Below, in pieces: positions 13,678 to 23,341 of a stretch of DNA of 31,363 nucleotides. Position 1 is the first letter of the stretch. The number at the start of each line of letters is the position of its first letter. Below the pieces are notes generated by a model, which did not search any database, had not been told where the DNA came from, and was given only the letters and a program-made list of their open reading frames with translations. Position numbers and translations under genes: made by a program. The DNA comes from a virus (lineage: Duplodnaviria; Caudoviricetes), in IMG/VR virus record IMGVR_UViG_3300012664_000303, positions 1 to 31,363 of that record. The stretch is one strand, 5' to 3'.

Positions 13678-14175
13678 ATGGGTCGTAAAGCACGTGTGTA
13701 TGATGCAGCATTGGTCAAGAAGTTCGAAGACAAGTTCTACAGCGAATTTCCTCAAGTCAAAGATGGTGGCACTTTCCAATGGAAAGATGCTACTAAAGTC
13801 ATGCGTCAACTTGGTTTGAATCCACGTAACGGTGACGAATATCCGTTCTATTTCTTCACTAACAAAGTTGCTAAAGGCGTGTACAAAATGCCTCAGAAAC
13901 CAGCTTTGATCAAAGGTACACCAGAAGCCGATGCAGCTTTGGCACCTAAAGTGAAAGTTAAAGCAAACAAGTCTATTGTTTCGAAAGGTCCATCTGTGAA
14001 CTCACAGCGTTGGGCTTCAGGCAAAGCACCTTTGAAAGCTGCTAAGGTTGCTAAGACTACAAAGTCTGACCGTGATGTATCACTCGGTTATGACAACAGC
14101 GTTGAATTCGATGACGTTATGAGCCTTCGTGGTGAATTCGGTCTCGGTGAATTCCGCAACTCTATGGACTTCTAA
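13678..14175 (+). CDS. Hypothetical basic protein
   Basis: GGAG RBS; Lys/Ala-rich. Confidence 0.85.
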   Translation: MGRKARVYDAALVKKFEDKFYSEFPQVKDGGTFQWKDATKVMRQLGLNPRNGDEYPFYFFTNKVAKGVYKMPQKPALIKGTPEADAALAPKVKVKANKSIVSKGPSVNSQRWASGKAPLKAAKVAKTTKSDRDVSLGYDNSVEFDDVMSLRGEFGLGEFRNSMDF

Positions 14176-14351
14176 TGTTTAAATTAGTAGTTACATTTCT
14201 ACTCTTTTGGGGTGGCGTCACAGGTCTCATTGGTATGTGGCGTCATATGCCTAACAACGAGCGATGGTCAACCGTCAAAACAGCAATGTATGGACTAGCA
14301 ACGGCTATCATTACATTTACAATCATGTCAACAATCGTTATTTTATTCTGA
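14175..14351 (+). CDS. Small two-TM protein (58 aa, not in ORF track)
   Basis: TAATG overlap; MFKLVVTFLLFWGG...TIVILF. Confidence 0.7.
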   Translation: MFKLVVTFLLFWGGVTGLIGMWRHMPNNERWSTVKTAMYGLATAIITFTIMSTIVILF

Positions 14352-14359
14352 AGGATTAT

Positions 14360-15175
14360 ATGAAAACGTCTATGAAACTCTTGGCTCTCGCCGTCGCTAT
14401 CGCTGCATTGCCAGCTTGTACACGTATTGAAACTGGTGAAGTTGGTTTGCGTGTTGGCTTTGATAAGCAAGTCAAGAATGATGAATTGCTGCCAGGTTCT
14501 TTTAACCAAACCCTTGTTGGTGATGTGTTGACATTTCCAGTCAAAGAAGTTGCTGTGAAGGTCGACGACTTGAATCCTCAAGCTGCTGACAACTCAACAA
14601 TGAAAGACTTTGATTTGACTGTCATTTACAACATCAATCCAAGTCAGATCGCTGAGATCTACAATACAAAGAATAAGTCATTCCATGCTGTCCATAATGG
14701 TGATACTTATTTGATGTACAACTACATCTTCAATGCTACACGTAACGCCGTTTACAAAGCTGCTCGAAAGCATGAAGCGTTGAATATGGGTGACAATCGT
14801 TCTGTCATGGAAGCTGAAGTTCGAGACACAGTTACTGCTACTTTGGCATCTGAAAATCTTGGTGGTGTGATCAACATTACACAAGTTCTGATTCGTAACG
14901 TGATCCCAGCTGACACAGTCGTTGAATCAGCAAACGCATTGGTTCGTGCTAAGAACGAAACCAAACAGAAAGAAGCAGAAGTTCGTACTGCTAAACTTGA
15001 AGCCGAACGTATTCAAGCGTTGGCTCAAAACTCCGGTGCTATCCAATACATGGATGCTCAAACTCGAATGATGAATGCTGAAGCTGCAAAGATTCAAGCT
15101 CAAGCTATTGCCCAATTCAAAGGCGGTACATTGGTTCTTGGTGGTCAGTCTCCAGTGTTGAACGTAGGTAAGTAA
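14360..15175 (+). CDS. SPFH/Band 7/prohibitin-family lipoprotein
   Basis: Lipobox LPAC; TRIETGEVGL...; C-terminal AEA-rich coiled coil. Confidence 0.88.
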   Translation: MKTSMKLLALAVAIAALPACTRIETGEVGLRVGFDKQVKNDELLPGSFNQTLVGDVLTFPVKEVAVKVDDLNPQAADNSTMKDFDLTVIYNINPSQIAEIYNTKNKSFHAVHNGDTYLMYNYIFNATRNAVYKAARKHEALNMGDNRSVMEAEVRDTVTATLASENLGGVINITQVLIRNVIPADTVVESANALVRAKNETKQKEAEVRTAKLEAERIQALAQNSGAIQYMDAQTRMMNAEAAKIQAQAIAQFKGGTLVLGGQSPVLNVGK

Positions 15176-15176
15176 T

Positions 15177-15707
15177 ATGATTGAAGCTCTGTCATTGGTA
15201 GCGGCATTTGCATTCGCTTCTGCGCTTGTTGTATACATTATCAAATATTTTATGAATCAACGTTTGGAAAAACACATCGAAGAAGATGCTGAACGTCAAC
15301 GTCAAATTGAAGCAACACGTAAATGGCGTGAAGGCTTGAAGTCTAAGCAATCTACTGTACCTCCTCGAGGTCTTGAGACGACGAAGACATATACACCAAC
15401 AAAGCAATCATTTGCACCGTCACCAACACAGAGTGTTCAATCGCATGATGATAGTAATCTGCTTGCGAATATCTTGATCATGGATGCACTCACTCGTCAT
15501 CACAATGAACCAACTATTGAGCGTCGTTATGATGCACGTGTTGAATCAGATACTCCAGATGTTCCTAAGAAAGATACATCATCATGGGGATTTGATGATA
15601 GCGATAGTCGTAAATCTATCTCATCATCTATGGATACATCTTCATCATGGTCCTCAAGTTCATCTGACTCATCGAGCAGTGATAGCGGTCCATCATCAGA
15701 TTGGTAA
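15177..15707 (+). CDS. Membrane-anchored protein with Ser/Asp-rich tail
   Basis: N-terminal TM; C-terminal SSSWSSSSSDSSSSDSG. Confidence 0.8.
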   Translation: MIEALSLVAAFAFASALVVYIIKYFMNQRLEKHIEEDAERQRQIEATRKWREGLKSKQSTVPPRGLETTKTYTPTKQSFAPSPTQSVQSHDDSNLLANILIMDALTRHHNEPTIERRYDARVESDTPDVPKKDTSSWGFDDSDSRKSISSSMDTSSSWSSSSSDSSSSDSGPSSDW

Positions 15708-15711
15708 TTAA

Positions 15712-16095
15712 ATGTTAGATAATAAAAGGAATGTAATGCATAGCGTAAAAATGAATCGTCTTGAGTTGCTCAAGATTGTTAAAGAGAATGCCACTAAACA
15801 TGTGGCAGAGTATGATCAGGCAGTTGAAGACTATAAAGTTGCAGTGATTAAGGTTGCTAAAGCAAACCTGAAACTTGCAAACACAGGTGAAATGGACAAG
15901 TTTTTATCATTTCAACGTATGCCTACAACACCAGCAAATTATGCTGACAACTATACACGTGCTATTCGCATGCTAGAATTGTCGGTCGAAGATACAATTG
16001 ATGTTGAAGAACACATCTTCAATCAACTCGTACTCGATGAGTGGGGTTGGAAGCAAGCATTCGCAGCTCAATCTACATTCTACAAGTCACTATAA
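15712..16095 (+). CDS. Hypothetical phage protein
   Basis: ORF; true start may be MHSVK after AAGGA. Confidence 0.8.
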   Translation: MLDNKRNVMHSVKMNRLELLKIVKENATKHVAEYDQAVEDYKVAVIKVAKANLKLANTGEMDKFLSFQRMPTTPANYADNYTRAIRMLELSVEDTIDVEEHIFNQLVLDEWGWKQAFAAQSTFYKSL

Positions 16096-16104
16096 GGTAG
16101 CATC

Positions 16105-16512
16105 ATGGATTTAGCATTATTAGTTTATGCAATTAGTTTGTTGCATGGTATCAGTACATTTTTCGTGGCATTGATTCTCGTATGCGGTGCAGTTGGTATT
16201 GGTAACTTTATATATTGGATTGATTATTCAAACAGTAAAGAGCGTGAAGAAGGTGTACGTAAACGATTGTGGAAAGCATTTTGGGTTGGCGTAATTTCAG
16301 CATGGGTTTTGATCATCATTCCAACTGAAAAGACTGCATACACAATGGTTGGTGCATACGCTGCTCAGAAAGTTGCAGAGAATGACAAAGTTCAACAAAT
16401 GTCTGGTAAAGTCTTGACTATCATCGAACAGAAACTCGATTCAATTATCGATGATGGTGTTGAAGAAGCCAAGAAAAAGGCAGAGGAAGTTGCAAAGAAA
16501 GCCAAGAAGTAA
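16105..16512 (+). CDS. Hypothetical membrane protein
   Basis: Hydrophobic segments; IIPTEKTAY motif. Confidence 0.8.
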   Translation: MDLALLVYAISLLHGISTFFVALILVCGAVGIGNFIYWIDYSNSKEREEGVRKRLWKAFWVGVISAWVLIIIPTEKTAYTMVGAYAAQKVAENDKVQQMSGKVLTIIEQKLDSIIDDGVEEAKKKAEEVAKKAKK

Positions 16513-16550
16513 TGAGCGGTTGGCGTAAACGACAAATTATGGAGATCGAT

Positions 16551-16793
16551 ATGTTTAATAAAGATACATTGAAGCAACAACTGCGTGAAGGTGTGAAGAC
16601 AGTAACATTCACCAAAACTGATGGATCACAGCGTGTTATGAAGTGTACGCTTCAATCAACTGTAATTCCACCAGCAGATCCTGAAAAAACAGTGACTGCA
16701 CGTAAAACAAGCGATGAAGCACTTGCTGTATGGGATGTGGATGCCTCAGGTTGGCGTTCTTTCCGATACGACGCAATTATTAGTGTACAATAA
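16551..16793 (+). CDS. SH3/WYL_2 (DUF2693)-like protein
   Basis: VTFTKTDGSQRVMKCTL...VWDVDASGWRSFR. Confidence 0.8.
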   Translation: MFNKDTLKQQLREGVKTVTFTKTDGSQRVMKCTLQSTVIPPADPEKTVTARKTSDEALAVWDVDASGWRSFRYDAIISVQ

Positions 16794-16812
16794 TATCTCG
16801 TTGTGGTATAAT
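16784..16812 (+). promoter_or_regulatory. Early-type promoter
   Basis: TGTACA-N17-TATAAT. Confidence 0.7.
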
Positions 16813-16842
16813 ATACCATTGAGATAATAAAGGAATAGAAAA

Positions 16843-18018
16843 ATGGCAAGCATCAAAATCAACGGCAAGACTTTCAAACCACCAAAGAAGCGTATCGCTA
16901 ATCCTCTGTTGGTCGATGAGAAATATACTGGTGAAGAACCCAACTTCATTGGTGTAGAATTCAAAGATGAGAGTGATCGTCGTGTGAAGATGATGCATGC
17001 CTTTTTCTATTACAACTACTACAACGTTGGCAAACACTTTAAGAAGGACATGATTAAGTATGCTAAAGACGAACTTAAATATACTAAAGATCAAATTGAA
17101 CAACTTGAAGCTTCACCTGATTGGACTTGTCAACTACAATCTGGAGCTCTATTGCGCATGCGTGGCCGTGGCCTCGTGTTACGCGATAACGAATTTGACA
17201 AGATAAATTTCAATCTGGAAACCATGTGCAAACATGGTATTCGTAAACTTGCTGAACCTAAAGACGAAGACGAACAAGCAAAGGTCGTCATCTCTGTTCA
17301 AGATCGTATCAAATTTAAAGCACAAGAAACTGTGCTTGGTGATCTTGAGGACATGCTCGATCAATGGATTATGGGTGAATCACCAACCATTGATGTGCAT
17401 GAAGCAATGAAAGCTGCAATCTTACCTGCTCAAGCATCTCGCTTCATCATTGAATGGGCAACTAAGCACATGTCTGAGATTCAAGGTGCTATAAATAAGG
17501 AAGACCCTCAGTTAGTTGAAGGTTATTCACATCTTTCTACCAAGCGTAAGAAAGAATTCGTGAAATGGTTCGAGAGCATTATTGCGGATGCTCAGCGCTT
17601 TAGTGCAAATACTAAGGTTGTTCGCAAAGCTCGTACAAAGAAACCCGTATCACTCGAGAAGCAAGTCTCGAAAATTAAGTACTTGAAGGAGTCGCCCGAG
17701 AATAAACTAGTTTCGATCAATCCGTCTCAGATGATCGGTGCAACAGAAGTATGGACTTACAATGTTAAGTACAAAACTCTGACCCGATATATCGCTGAGT
17801 CAGGTACGGGATTTGAAATCAAGGGCACTACCCTTCAACGTTTCGATACACAAACATCCCAAACACGCAAGCTGCGTAAGCCTGAAGAAACTCTGGCCGC
17901 TGTGCTGTCGTCTGCGAAGACTAAAGGCATTAAGGCGTTTGATGCACTCACTACAAAACCGAGTGAACCAAATGGACGGATCAACGAGGATACGATCATT
18001 TTAAAGGTCAATAAATGA
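16843..18018 (+). CDS. Hypothetical T4-like phage protein (391 aa)
   Basis: AAGGA RBS; C-terminal RKLRKPEE...PNGRINEDTIIL. Confidence 0.85.
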   Translation: MASIKINGKTFKPPKKRIANPLLVDEKYTGEEPNFIGVEFKDESDRRVKMMHAFFYYNYYNVGKHFKKDMIKYAKDELKYTKDQIEQLEASPDWTCQLQSGALLRMRGRGLVLRDNEFDKINFNLETMCKHGIRKLAEPKDEDEQAKVVISVQDRIKFKAQETVLGDLEDMLDQWIMGESPTIDVHEAMKAAILPAQASRFIIEWATKHMSEIQGAINKEDPQLVEGYSHLSTKRKKEFVKWFESIIADAQRFSANTKVVRKARTKKPVSLEKQVSKIKYLKESPENKLVSINPSQMIGATEVWTYNVKYKTLTRYIAESGTGFEIKGTTLQRFDTQTSQTRKLRKPEETLAAVLSSAKTKGIKAFDALTTKPSEPNGRINEDTIILKVNK

Positions 18019-18599
18019 GAAAGCAACTACTAAAACCTACAACATGGATCATCGCTGCGATGGTTATGGTGACAGCAATAGTAACAGCCCAATCACAATT
18101 AAACCAAGTAGCAAAGGTTGAAATCCCGCTAGACGAGAATGACGTTTACTGTCTTACTCGCAATGCATACTACGAAGCGAAGGGAGACTCTCAGATGAGT
18201 CAGATCGCTGTGACACACGTAGTATTAAACCGATTGAACGATCCAGCATTCCCTAAAAATGCATGTGATGTCGTCTATCAAAAGAATCGCAAAGAGAACA
18301 GATCAACTGTATGTCAGTTCTCATGGTACTGCGATAAACGAATGATGAATAGAATCATCGATCCAGTTGGATGGCAAGAATCTCTTGAAGCTGTAAAGAA
18401 AGCAGTCAAGTTGTATTATGCCAAAGGTGTTGATGTCACTGAAGGCTCAACCTTTTATCATGCTTATTATGTTAACCCACGATGGAATCAACTCGAGAAG
18501 GTAACCTCGATTGGATCCCACATTTATTATAAAGTGAATGAAGAATGTCAGAACAACCAGAAGGTATGCACACGAAAAAATCGTTCAGTGAACTCGTAG
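18015..18599 (+). CDS. SleB-like cell wall hydrolase (Hydrolase_2)
   Basis: CLTRNAYYEAKG...VVLNR...FP...C.VVYQ...CQFSW...HIYY. Confidence 0.9.
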   Translation: MRKQLLKPTTWIIAAMVMVTAIVTAQSQLNQVAKVEIPLDENDVYCLTRNAYYEAKGDSQMSQIAVTHVVLNRLNDPAFPKNACDVVYQKNRKENRSTVCQFSWYCDKRMMNRIIDPVGWQESLEAVKKAVKLYYAKGVDVTEGSTFYHAYYVNPRWNQLEKVTSIGSHIYYKVNEECQNNQKVCTRKNRSVNS

Positions 18600-18781
18600 A
18601 AGCACGTGTCAAGAAAGATCGATCAAATTATCTCGATGCAATTATTGACATTTGTAAAGAGCGTATGATCGATCCAGAGGACATCGCAAAGTTAGTGAAC
18701 AATCCTATCAAGGCCAAACTTGAGGCTGAAGGTATGAATCTTGGTTATTTGAAGAAAAAGAATGAGCTTACGTTCGACTGA
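18545..18781 (+). CDS. 33: Late transcription coactivator gp33
   Basis: FSELVE...YLDAIIDIC...IKAKLEAEG..LGYL; synteny with 59 and 32. Confidence 0.85.
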   Translation: MSEQPEGMHTKKSFSELVEARVKKDRSNYLDAIIDICKERMIDPEDIAKLVNNPIKAKLEAEGMNLGYLKKKNELTFD

Positions 18782-19382
18782 TCCATTTGATGCGTATAAG
18801 ATTTACATTGCATGTAAGTTACACTTCGAATCAAAGACATATGACTATTTCAAATACAATGGAAAGTCGAGTGTTACACCGAAGTCGTTCTATGCACGCC
18901 GTGATAAATTCTTTTTCGCAAAAGTAGTTAAGAAGTATGGACTAGACGAGTTGCCATACTTCTATGCATGTATCTTTGCTCATCATGGCACAAAGTGGAT
19001 TGGAGACCTCAATGAGGAATCCGCTGATAATACATTCAAAGCATACAAGGCTTTAATGGAATCATTCACATATCGCTTTGGAAATGATATAGATAAGATT
19101 GTAAGCGCAAATGACTTCGAGAGTTTGTTTGTGGTAGAGGATGGACAACATCCTAAACTCGTTAAGATGCTACTTCAAAACGAGATACCACTTGAAACTT
19201 TCGTTGTTATGAACCGCTTTCTGAACTTCATGCCTAAGTTCGACAAAGAAATTAAAGACCCAATTCTGTGGCCTGATATTTCAATGAAGATCCGCAAGTA
19301 TGATAGGTTCATCAAGGTGAATGATAAAAAAGTTGCAGAGGCATTAAAAAACTGTTTACTACAGCATGCCGATGTGATATAA
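18762..19382 (+). CDS. 59: Helicase loader gp59
   Basis: YIACKLHF...YDYFKYNGK...RRDKFFF. Confidence 0.92.
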   Translation: MSLRSTDPFDAYKIYIACKLHFESKTYDYFKYNGKSSVTPKSFYARRDKFFFAKVVKKYGLDELPYFYACIFAHHGTKWIGDLNEESADNTFKAYKALMESFTYRFGNDIDKIVSANDFESLFVVEDGQHPKLVKMLLQNEIPLETFVVMNRFLNFMPKFDKEIKDPILWPDISMKIRKYDRFIKVNDKKVAEALKNCLLQHADVI

Positions 19383-19383
19383 T
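19355..19383 (+). promoter_or_regulatory. Promoter for gene 32
   Basis: GTTTACT-N17-TATAAT. Confidence 0.65.
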
Positions 19384-19430
19384 ATTCATTCCATATTCTG
19401 TTAGACAAATTGTTAAAAAAGGAAAATACA

Positions 19431-20330
19431 ATGTCATTAGCTAATCTCAAAAAGTCGCGTGGTAGCGACATCTCTAAACTTGTTGCAGCTGCTGAAAAAG
19501 TCGGTGGTGGTCAGCAACAACAATCTTTCGAAGACAATCGCATCTGGAAACCAGAAGTTGACAAAGCAGGTAACGGTTATGCTGTTCTCCGCTTCTTGCC
19601 AGCTGCTGAAGGTGATGATTATCCATGGGCTCGTTATTGGGATCATGGCTTCCAAGGTCCTGGTGGTTGGTACATCGAGAAGTCATTGACTTCAATCGGT
19701 CAAGCCGATCCAGTCTCTGAGGTCAACAGTAAATTGTGGAACTCAGGTTTAGAGAGCGATAAAGATATCGCACGCAAACAGAAGCGTCGTCTTCACTACG
19801 TTTCAAATGTGTTGATCGTCTCTGATCCAGCACATCCAGAAAACGAAGGCAAGGTATTCTTGTTCCAATACGGCAAGAAAATCTATGACAAGATGATGGA
19901 CGTTATGCAACCTCAATTCCAAGATGAGTCACCTGTGAATCCATTCGATTTGTGGGAAGGCGCCAACTTTAAGTTGAAGATTCGTAACGTTGAAGGTTAT
20001 CGTAACTACGACAAGTCTGAGTTCGATAAAGTATCCGCTGTTGCGAATGGTGATGAAGCTGAACTCGAAGCGATCTACGCTAAGTGCTACTCACTCAAGG
20101 AATTCACTGATCCATCTAAGTACAAGTCTTATGATGAATTGAAGGCGAAACTTGAGCGTGTGTTGGGTGGTACAGCTCCACGTACAACTGCAGAGTCAAT
20201 CAATCTTGATGAGCACGCAAGTGCACCATCAGTTGGTCGTGTTGCAGCACCTCGTGCAGAACCAATTGATGAAAGCGGCGGAGATGATGACACTCTCAGC
20301 TACTTTGCTAAATTGGCACAAGACGCTTAA
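19431..20330 (+). CDS. 32: Single-stranded DNA-binding protein gp32
   Basis: DKAGNGYAVLRFLPA...GWYIE...NYDKSEF...DDDTLSYFAKLA. Confidence 0.97.
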   Translation: MSLANLKKSRGSDISKLVAAAEKVGGGQQQQSFEDNRIWKPEVDKAGNGYAVLRFLPAAEGDDYPWARYWDHGFQGPGGWYIEKSLTSIGQADPVSEVNSKLWNSGLESDKDIARKQKRRLHYVSNVLIVSDPAHPENEGKVFLFQYGKKIYDKMMDVMQPQFQDESPVNPFDLWEGANFKLKIRNVEGYRNYDKSEFDKVSAVANGDEAELEAIYAKCYSLKEFTDPSKYKSYDELKAKLERVLGGTAPRTTAESINLDEHASAPSVGRVAAPRAEPIDESGGDDDTLSYFAKLAQDA

Positions 20331-20348
20331 TCTATAGCATGCTATAGT

Positions 20349-20373
20349 AAGGGACCTTCGCGGTCCCTTTTTT
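20349..20373 (+). terminator. Rho-independent terminator
   Basis: AAGGGACC-TTCGC-GGTCCCTT followed by a T run. Confidence 0.88.
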
Positions 20374-20378
20374 ACGTA

Positions 20379-20407
20379 TGTACAGCAGGCTAAAAATATG
20401 GTATAAT
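20379..20407 (+). promoter_or_regulatory. Early-type promoter
   Basis: TGTACA-N17-TATAAT. Confidence 0.75.
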
Positions 20408-20435
20408 AGATACATGATTTAATCAAGGAAAATGG

Positions 20436-20651
20436 ATGGCATTTCTTAAACTCACAGCGATGTATAATCAAACGAGCATGATTATCGTTAATGCTGACAA
20501 TATCGTTTCTATTCAACCAAACTTGGAACGTGAAGGTGGTTGTATCATCGACACAATTAAAGGTCCAGTAGCTACACGTGAAGCAATCGAAGTGGTTGAA
20601 GCGATGCTCGAACAACATTATCAAATTCAAGGCGCAGTAAAAAATGGATGA
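20436..20651 (+). CDS. FlbD-like small protein
   Basis: FLKLT...IIVNADNIVSI...REAIEVV pattern. Confidence 0.6.
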   Translation: MAFLKLTAMYNQTSMIIVNADNIVSIQPNLEREGGCIIDTIKGPVATREAIEVVEAMLEQHYQIQGAVKNG

Positions 20652-21066
20652 TATGCAAGACGACGAGATGTTCCCATTCGACATCAATTATGAACAGATT
20701 TTGAATAGCGATGGCATGTTGCCGATCGTACAAGATTGTGTACGTGCTATTCGCAAGAATGCATACCTGACGCCAGGTGAATTCCTTCAATCAGTAATGA
20801 ATTCAGATCTTCAAGAGGCACTCGAAGTTGCTGATGACGATGAACATTCAAATTATGGTGACTTCATGTTGCTTGCTGAAATGCTTGCACGTGCTGAAGG
20901 TTTAGATGCTGCACAGAACTTCGAAGAGATGCGTCATCGTATGTCACTGATGATTAGCTTTGTAGTTGTTGAATCATTGAGCCGTAAGAAAATGGTCAAG
21001 GTATTCCATGATCGTATTTCATTTGGCGATGACATGAGTAAAGCGGTAATTGTAGAGAAGTTGTAA
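20644..21066 (+). CDS. Hypothetical acidic protein
   Basis: Overlapping ORF chain. Confidence 0.8.
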   Translation: MDDMQDDEMFPFDINYEQILNSDGMLPIVQDCVRAIRKNAYLTPGEFLQSVMNSDLQEALEVADDDEHSNYGDFMLLAEMLARAEGLDAAQNFEEMRHRMSLMISFVVVESLSRKKMVKVFHDRISFGDDMSKAVIVEKL

Positions 21067-21377
21067 TGGCTGGTGTTTACAAAGCAAAACAATGTTTAAA
21101 TTGTGGTGTCACACATCGCAAGCGTGGCAAGTTTTGTTGTGTAAGCTGTTCTAATTCATATCGCACTCTGTCACCTGAAACGATTGAGAAGCATAGAAAG
21201 AATGCATTAGAATATGCACAGACACCAGAAGGTGTCTCTAAAGCTGCAGCGATGTCAAGAGAGAACACAAAGAAAGGGATTGATAATGATAAGCGCCGAA
21301 ATGGTGAATACGTATCAGTACCTGATGATTGGATGATGCACCTCGATCATGAAGATGACGACGGTTTTGTACTATAA
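21066..21377 (+). CDS. Zinc-finger-containing hypothetical protein
   Basis: CLNC...KFCCVSC. Confidence 0.75.
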   Translation: MAGVYKAKQCLNCGVTHRKRGKFCCVSCSNSYRTLSPETIEKHRKNALEYAQTPEGVSKAAAMSRENTKKGIDNDKRRNGEYVSVPDDWMMHLDHEDDDGFVL

Positions 21378-21385
21378 GGAAATTT

Positions 21386-21607
21386 ATGCCATACGTTTAT
21401 GTTAATCCCGATGTGCTTGAAGAGTTTGATGATGACGACTTGATTGATGAACTTAAATCACGTGGAATGTCTGTGCGTTCTGTAGCAGATCAAACGTTTG
21501 AAGTTAATGAAACCATTCGCAAGATCTATGAGAAGCGTCGAATCGGTGAAGACTATCAACGAGAACTCGATGCACTGATCTATGATGTGTTAGGTCGTGT
21601 AGTATGA
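21386..21607 (+). CDS. Hypothetical phage protein
   Basis: AAGGA RBS; DDDLIDELKSRG motif. Confidence 0.8.
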   Translation: MPYVYVNPDVLEEFDDDDLIDELKSRGMSVRSVADQTFEVNETIRKIYEKRRIGEDYQRELDALIYDVLGRVV

Positions 21608-21867
21608 AGATTGAAACAAAGATGTGTCATAGCCATCTGATGTCGATGCTAATGATGCCTGAGCAACTCTATAAAGCTGTTAGTAAGTATGTTGCATTTC
21701 CACCTGACATGCCAGCAGAAGGCATGATTGGATATATGGAAACATATGTGGAGTTCGATGTAAAGAGTCTGGATGAGTTTACAAAGCTTTGGAATGAATC
21801 CTATAAGTTCCCATCAGATCGCACAGATTGGTATCATAGAGTGAAGAGCGGAATGCTCGCAAAGTAG
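21604..21867 (+). CDS. Hypothetical protein
   Basis: ATGA overlap. Confidence 0.7.
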   Translation: MKIETKMCHSHLMSMLMMPEQLYKAVSKYVAFPPDMPAEGMIGYMETYVEFDVKSLDEFTKLWNESYKFPSDRTDWYHRVKSGMLAK

Positions 21868-21880
21868 TACTTTTGTCTAC

Positions 21881-21951
21881 TGTGTCAAAAATGATACACT
21901 GTGAAAATAATTCGCAAAAAGCATGTACAAACTCCCTCTGCGTGGTATAAT
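21881..21951 (+). promoter_or_regulatory. Early promoter cassette (repeat family 1)
   Basis: TGTGTCAAAAATGATACAC + GTGAAAATAATTCGCAAAAAGCATGTACA-N16-TATAAT. Confidence 0.8.
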
Positions 21952-21982
21952 AAATCCAACAAACAAACAAAAGGAGTTTTAA

Positions 21983-22183
21983 ATGTCATTCGAAAAGGTT
22001 GTGTTGGCTGCAGTTGCTAAAGTGTTGAAAGAAGAGCGTAAAGCATCATTCACAAATGGTACTCTCTTCGTTGAATGTGATGTGAAACAAGCAGTGAAGA
22101 TCGAAACAGCATTGTTGAAGATCGTTAATTGTGGAATCATCCTCTCTCGAGTTGGCGATGAATCAGCATTCGATTTTGTTTAA
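21983..22183 (+). CDS. Hypothetical protein
   Basis: AAGGAG RBS. Confidence 0.8.
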   Translation: MSFEKVVLAAVAKVLKEERKASFTNGTLFVECDVKQAVKIETALLKIVNCGIILSRVGDESAFDFV

Positions 22184-22192
22184 GGATAGATT

Positions 22193-22666
22193 ATGAAACG
22201 CGGTGAAATGTTAGACAAGATGCTCCATATTGCAGTGAATGCACATCATGGCCAATTCGACAAAGGTGGAAAGCCTTACATTTTGCATCCACTCAAAGTG
22301 ATGCACTATCTCAAATCAGATGACGAAGAACTCATGTGCATGGCTCTTGGTCATGACGTGATCGAAGACACTGATGTCACATATCAAGATCTTCGCGATG
22401 CTGGTATCTCTGAACGAGTCATCGAAGGTTTGAAGTGTCTCACTAAGCAACGTGGTCAAACTTATGACGAATACAAGACTGCTGTGTTTGGCAATGTTGA
22501 TGCAATGAAAGTCAAGATGGCTGACTTGCGTCATAACACTGACATTCGTCGTCTGAAAGGTGTCACTGAGAAAGACATCGCACGTATTGCAAAATACCAA
22601 AACTTTTACATGGAAATCAAGGCTCGCCTAGAATTCTATACAAATTTGGAAAAGACAGAACCGTGA
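22193..22666 (+). CDS. HD-domain RelA/SpoT-like hydrolase (small alarmone hydrolase-like)
   Basis: AHHGQFDKGGKPYILHPL...GHDVIEDT...VKMADLRHN. Confidence 0.88.
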   Translation: MKRGEMLDKMLHIAVNAHHGQFDKGGKPYILHPLKVMHYLKSDDEELMCMALGHDVIEDTDVTYQDLRDAGISERVIEGLKCLTKQRGQTYDEYKTAVFGNVDAMKVKMADLRHNTDIRRLKGVTEKDIARIAKYQNFYMEIKARLEFYTNLEKTEP

Positions 22667-22953
22667 TGAATGCATACAAAGCAAGATACCGCAATGCTCT
22701 TAAGAAAGCTGCGAAGATTAATCGTTACATCAAGAAAGGCTATCACGTTTTTCATGAAGGTAAACCTAATCGTCTCGGCTTTGTATTGAAAGACAATCAA
22801 TTGCTGTTGCGCCTCAACGATCGATGTTCTGTGATCTACTATCAAAACGATCGTGATTGGGATCACGGTTATTGGACACCAATCAAAGTGTGGAACAAAG
22901 AATTCAACGAAGCATTCGAAGTATACAAACCAGAAGTAAAGATCACATTGTGA
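22663..22953 (+). CDS. Hypothetical protein
   Basis: Overlapping ORF chain. Confidence 0.75.
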   Translation: MMNAYKARYRNALKKAAKINRYIKKGYHVFHEGKPNRLGFVLKDNQLLLRLNDRCSVIYYQNDRDWDHGYWTPIKVWNKEFNEAFEVYKPEVKITL

Positions 22954-23177
22954 ACGAACCACTAAAACAAATTGCAATTAAAGCACAAGTTGAACACTGC
23001 ATTAGCCACGTAAGACTTCAAGAGTTCGCAGAGTTGATTGTGAAAGAATGTGCTAAAGTTGCATACAAATACACAAGTGATTCAGAAAACTATGAATTCT
23101 ATGCTGATATTGGCTGGGATTGTTTACCAAATGATTTACAAAGTCAAATTAAAGAACATTTCGGAATCGAAGAATGA
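22950..23177 (+). CDS. FAELIV...KEHFG.EE paralog 1
   Basis: GTGA overlap; shares motifs with the ORFs at 28389 and 28616. Confidence 0.75.
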   Translation: MNEPLKQIAIKAQVEHCISHVRLQEFAELIVKECAKVAYKYTSDSENYEFYADIGWDCLPNDLQSQIKEHFGIEE

Positions 23178-23341
23178 AAAAGTTTGTTGTATATGAAGTT
23201 GTATATGGTGGAGATGTAGACGGCACTGGTCCTGAACGTTGGCATGGTACATGTGTTGCAGTATGCGATACAATGGATGAAGCATGTGACATTGTTTACT
23301 CTTCTAATGTGGAATGTGAAATCTTTGAGGAAGACGCATGA
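23174..23341 (+). CDS. Hypothetical protein (55 aa, not in ORF track)
   Basis: ATGA overlaps at both ends. Confidence 0.7.
   Translation: MKKFVVYEVVYGGDVDGTGPERWHGTCVAVCDTMDEACDIVYSSNVECEIFEEDA

Noticed and set aside
14264-14359. N-terminal extension of the SPFH ORF
   Set aside because: It overlaps a better 58-aa ORF; the RBS and signal peptide point to 14360.
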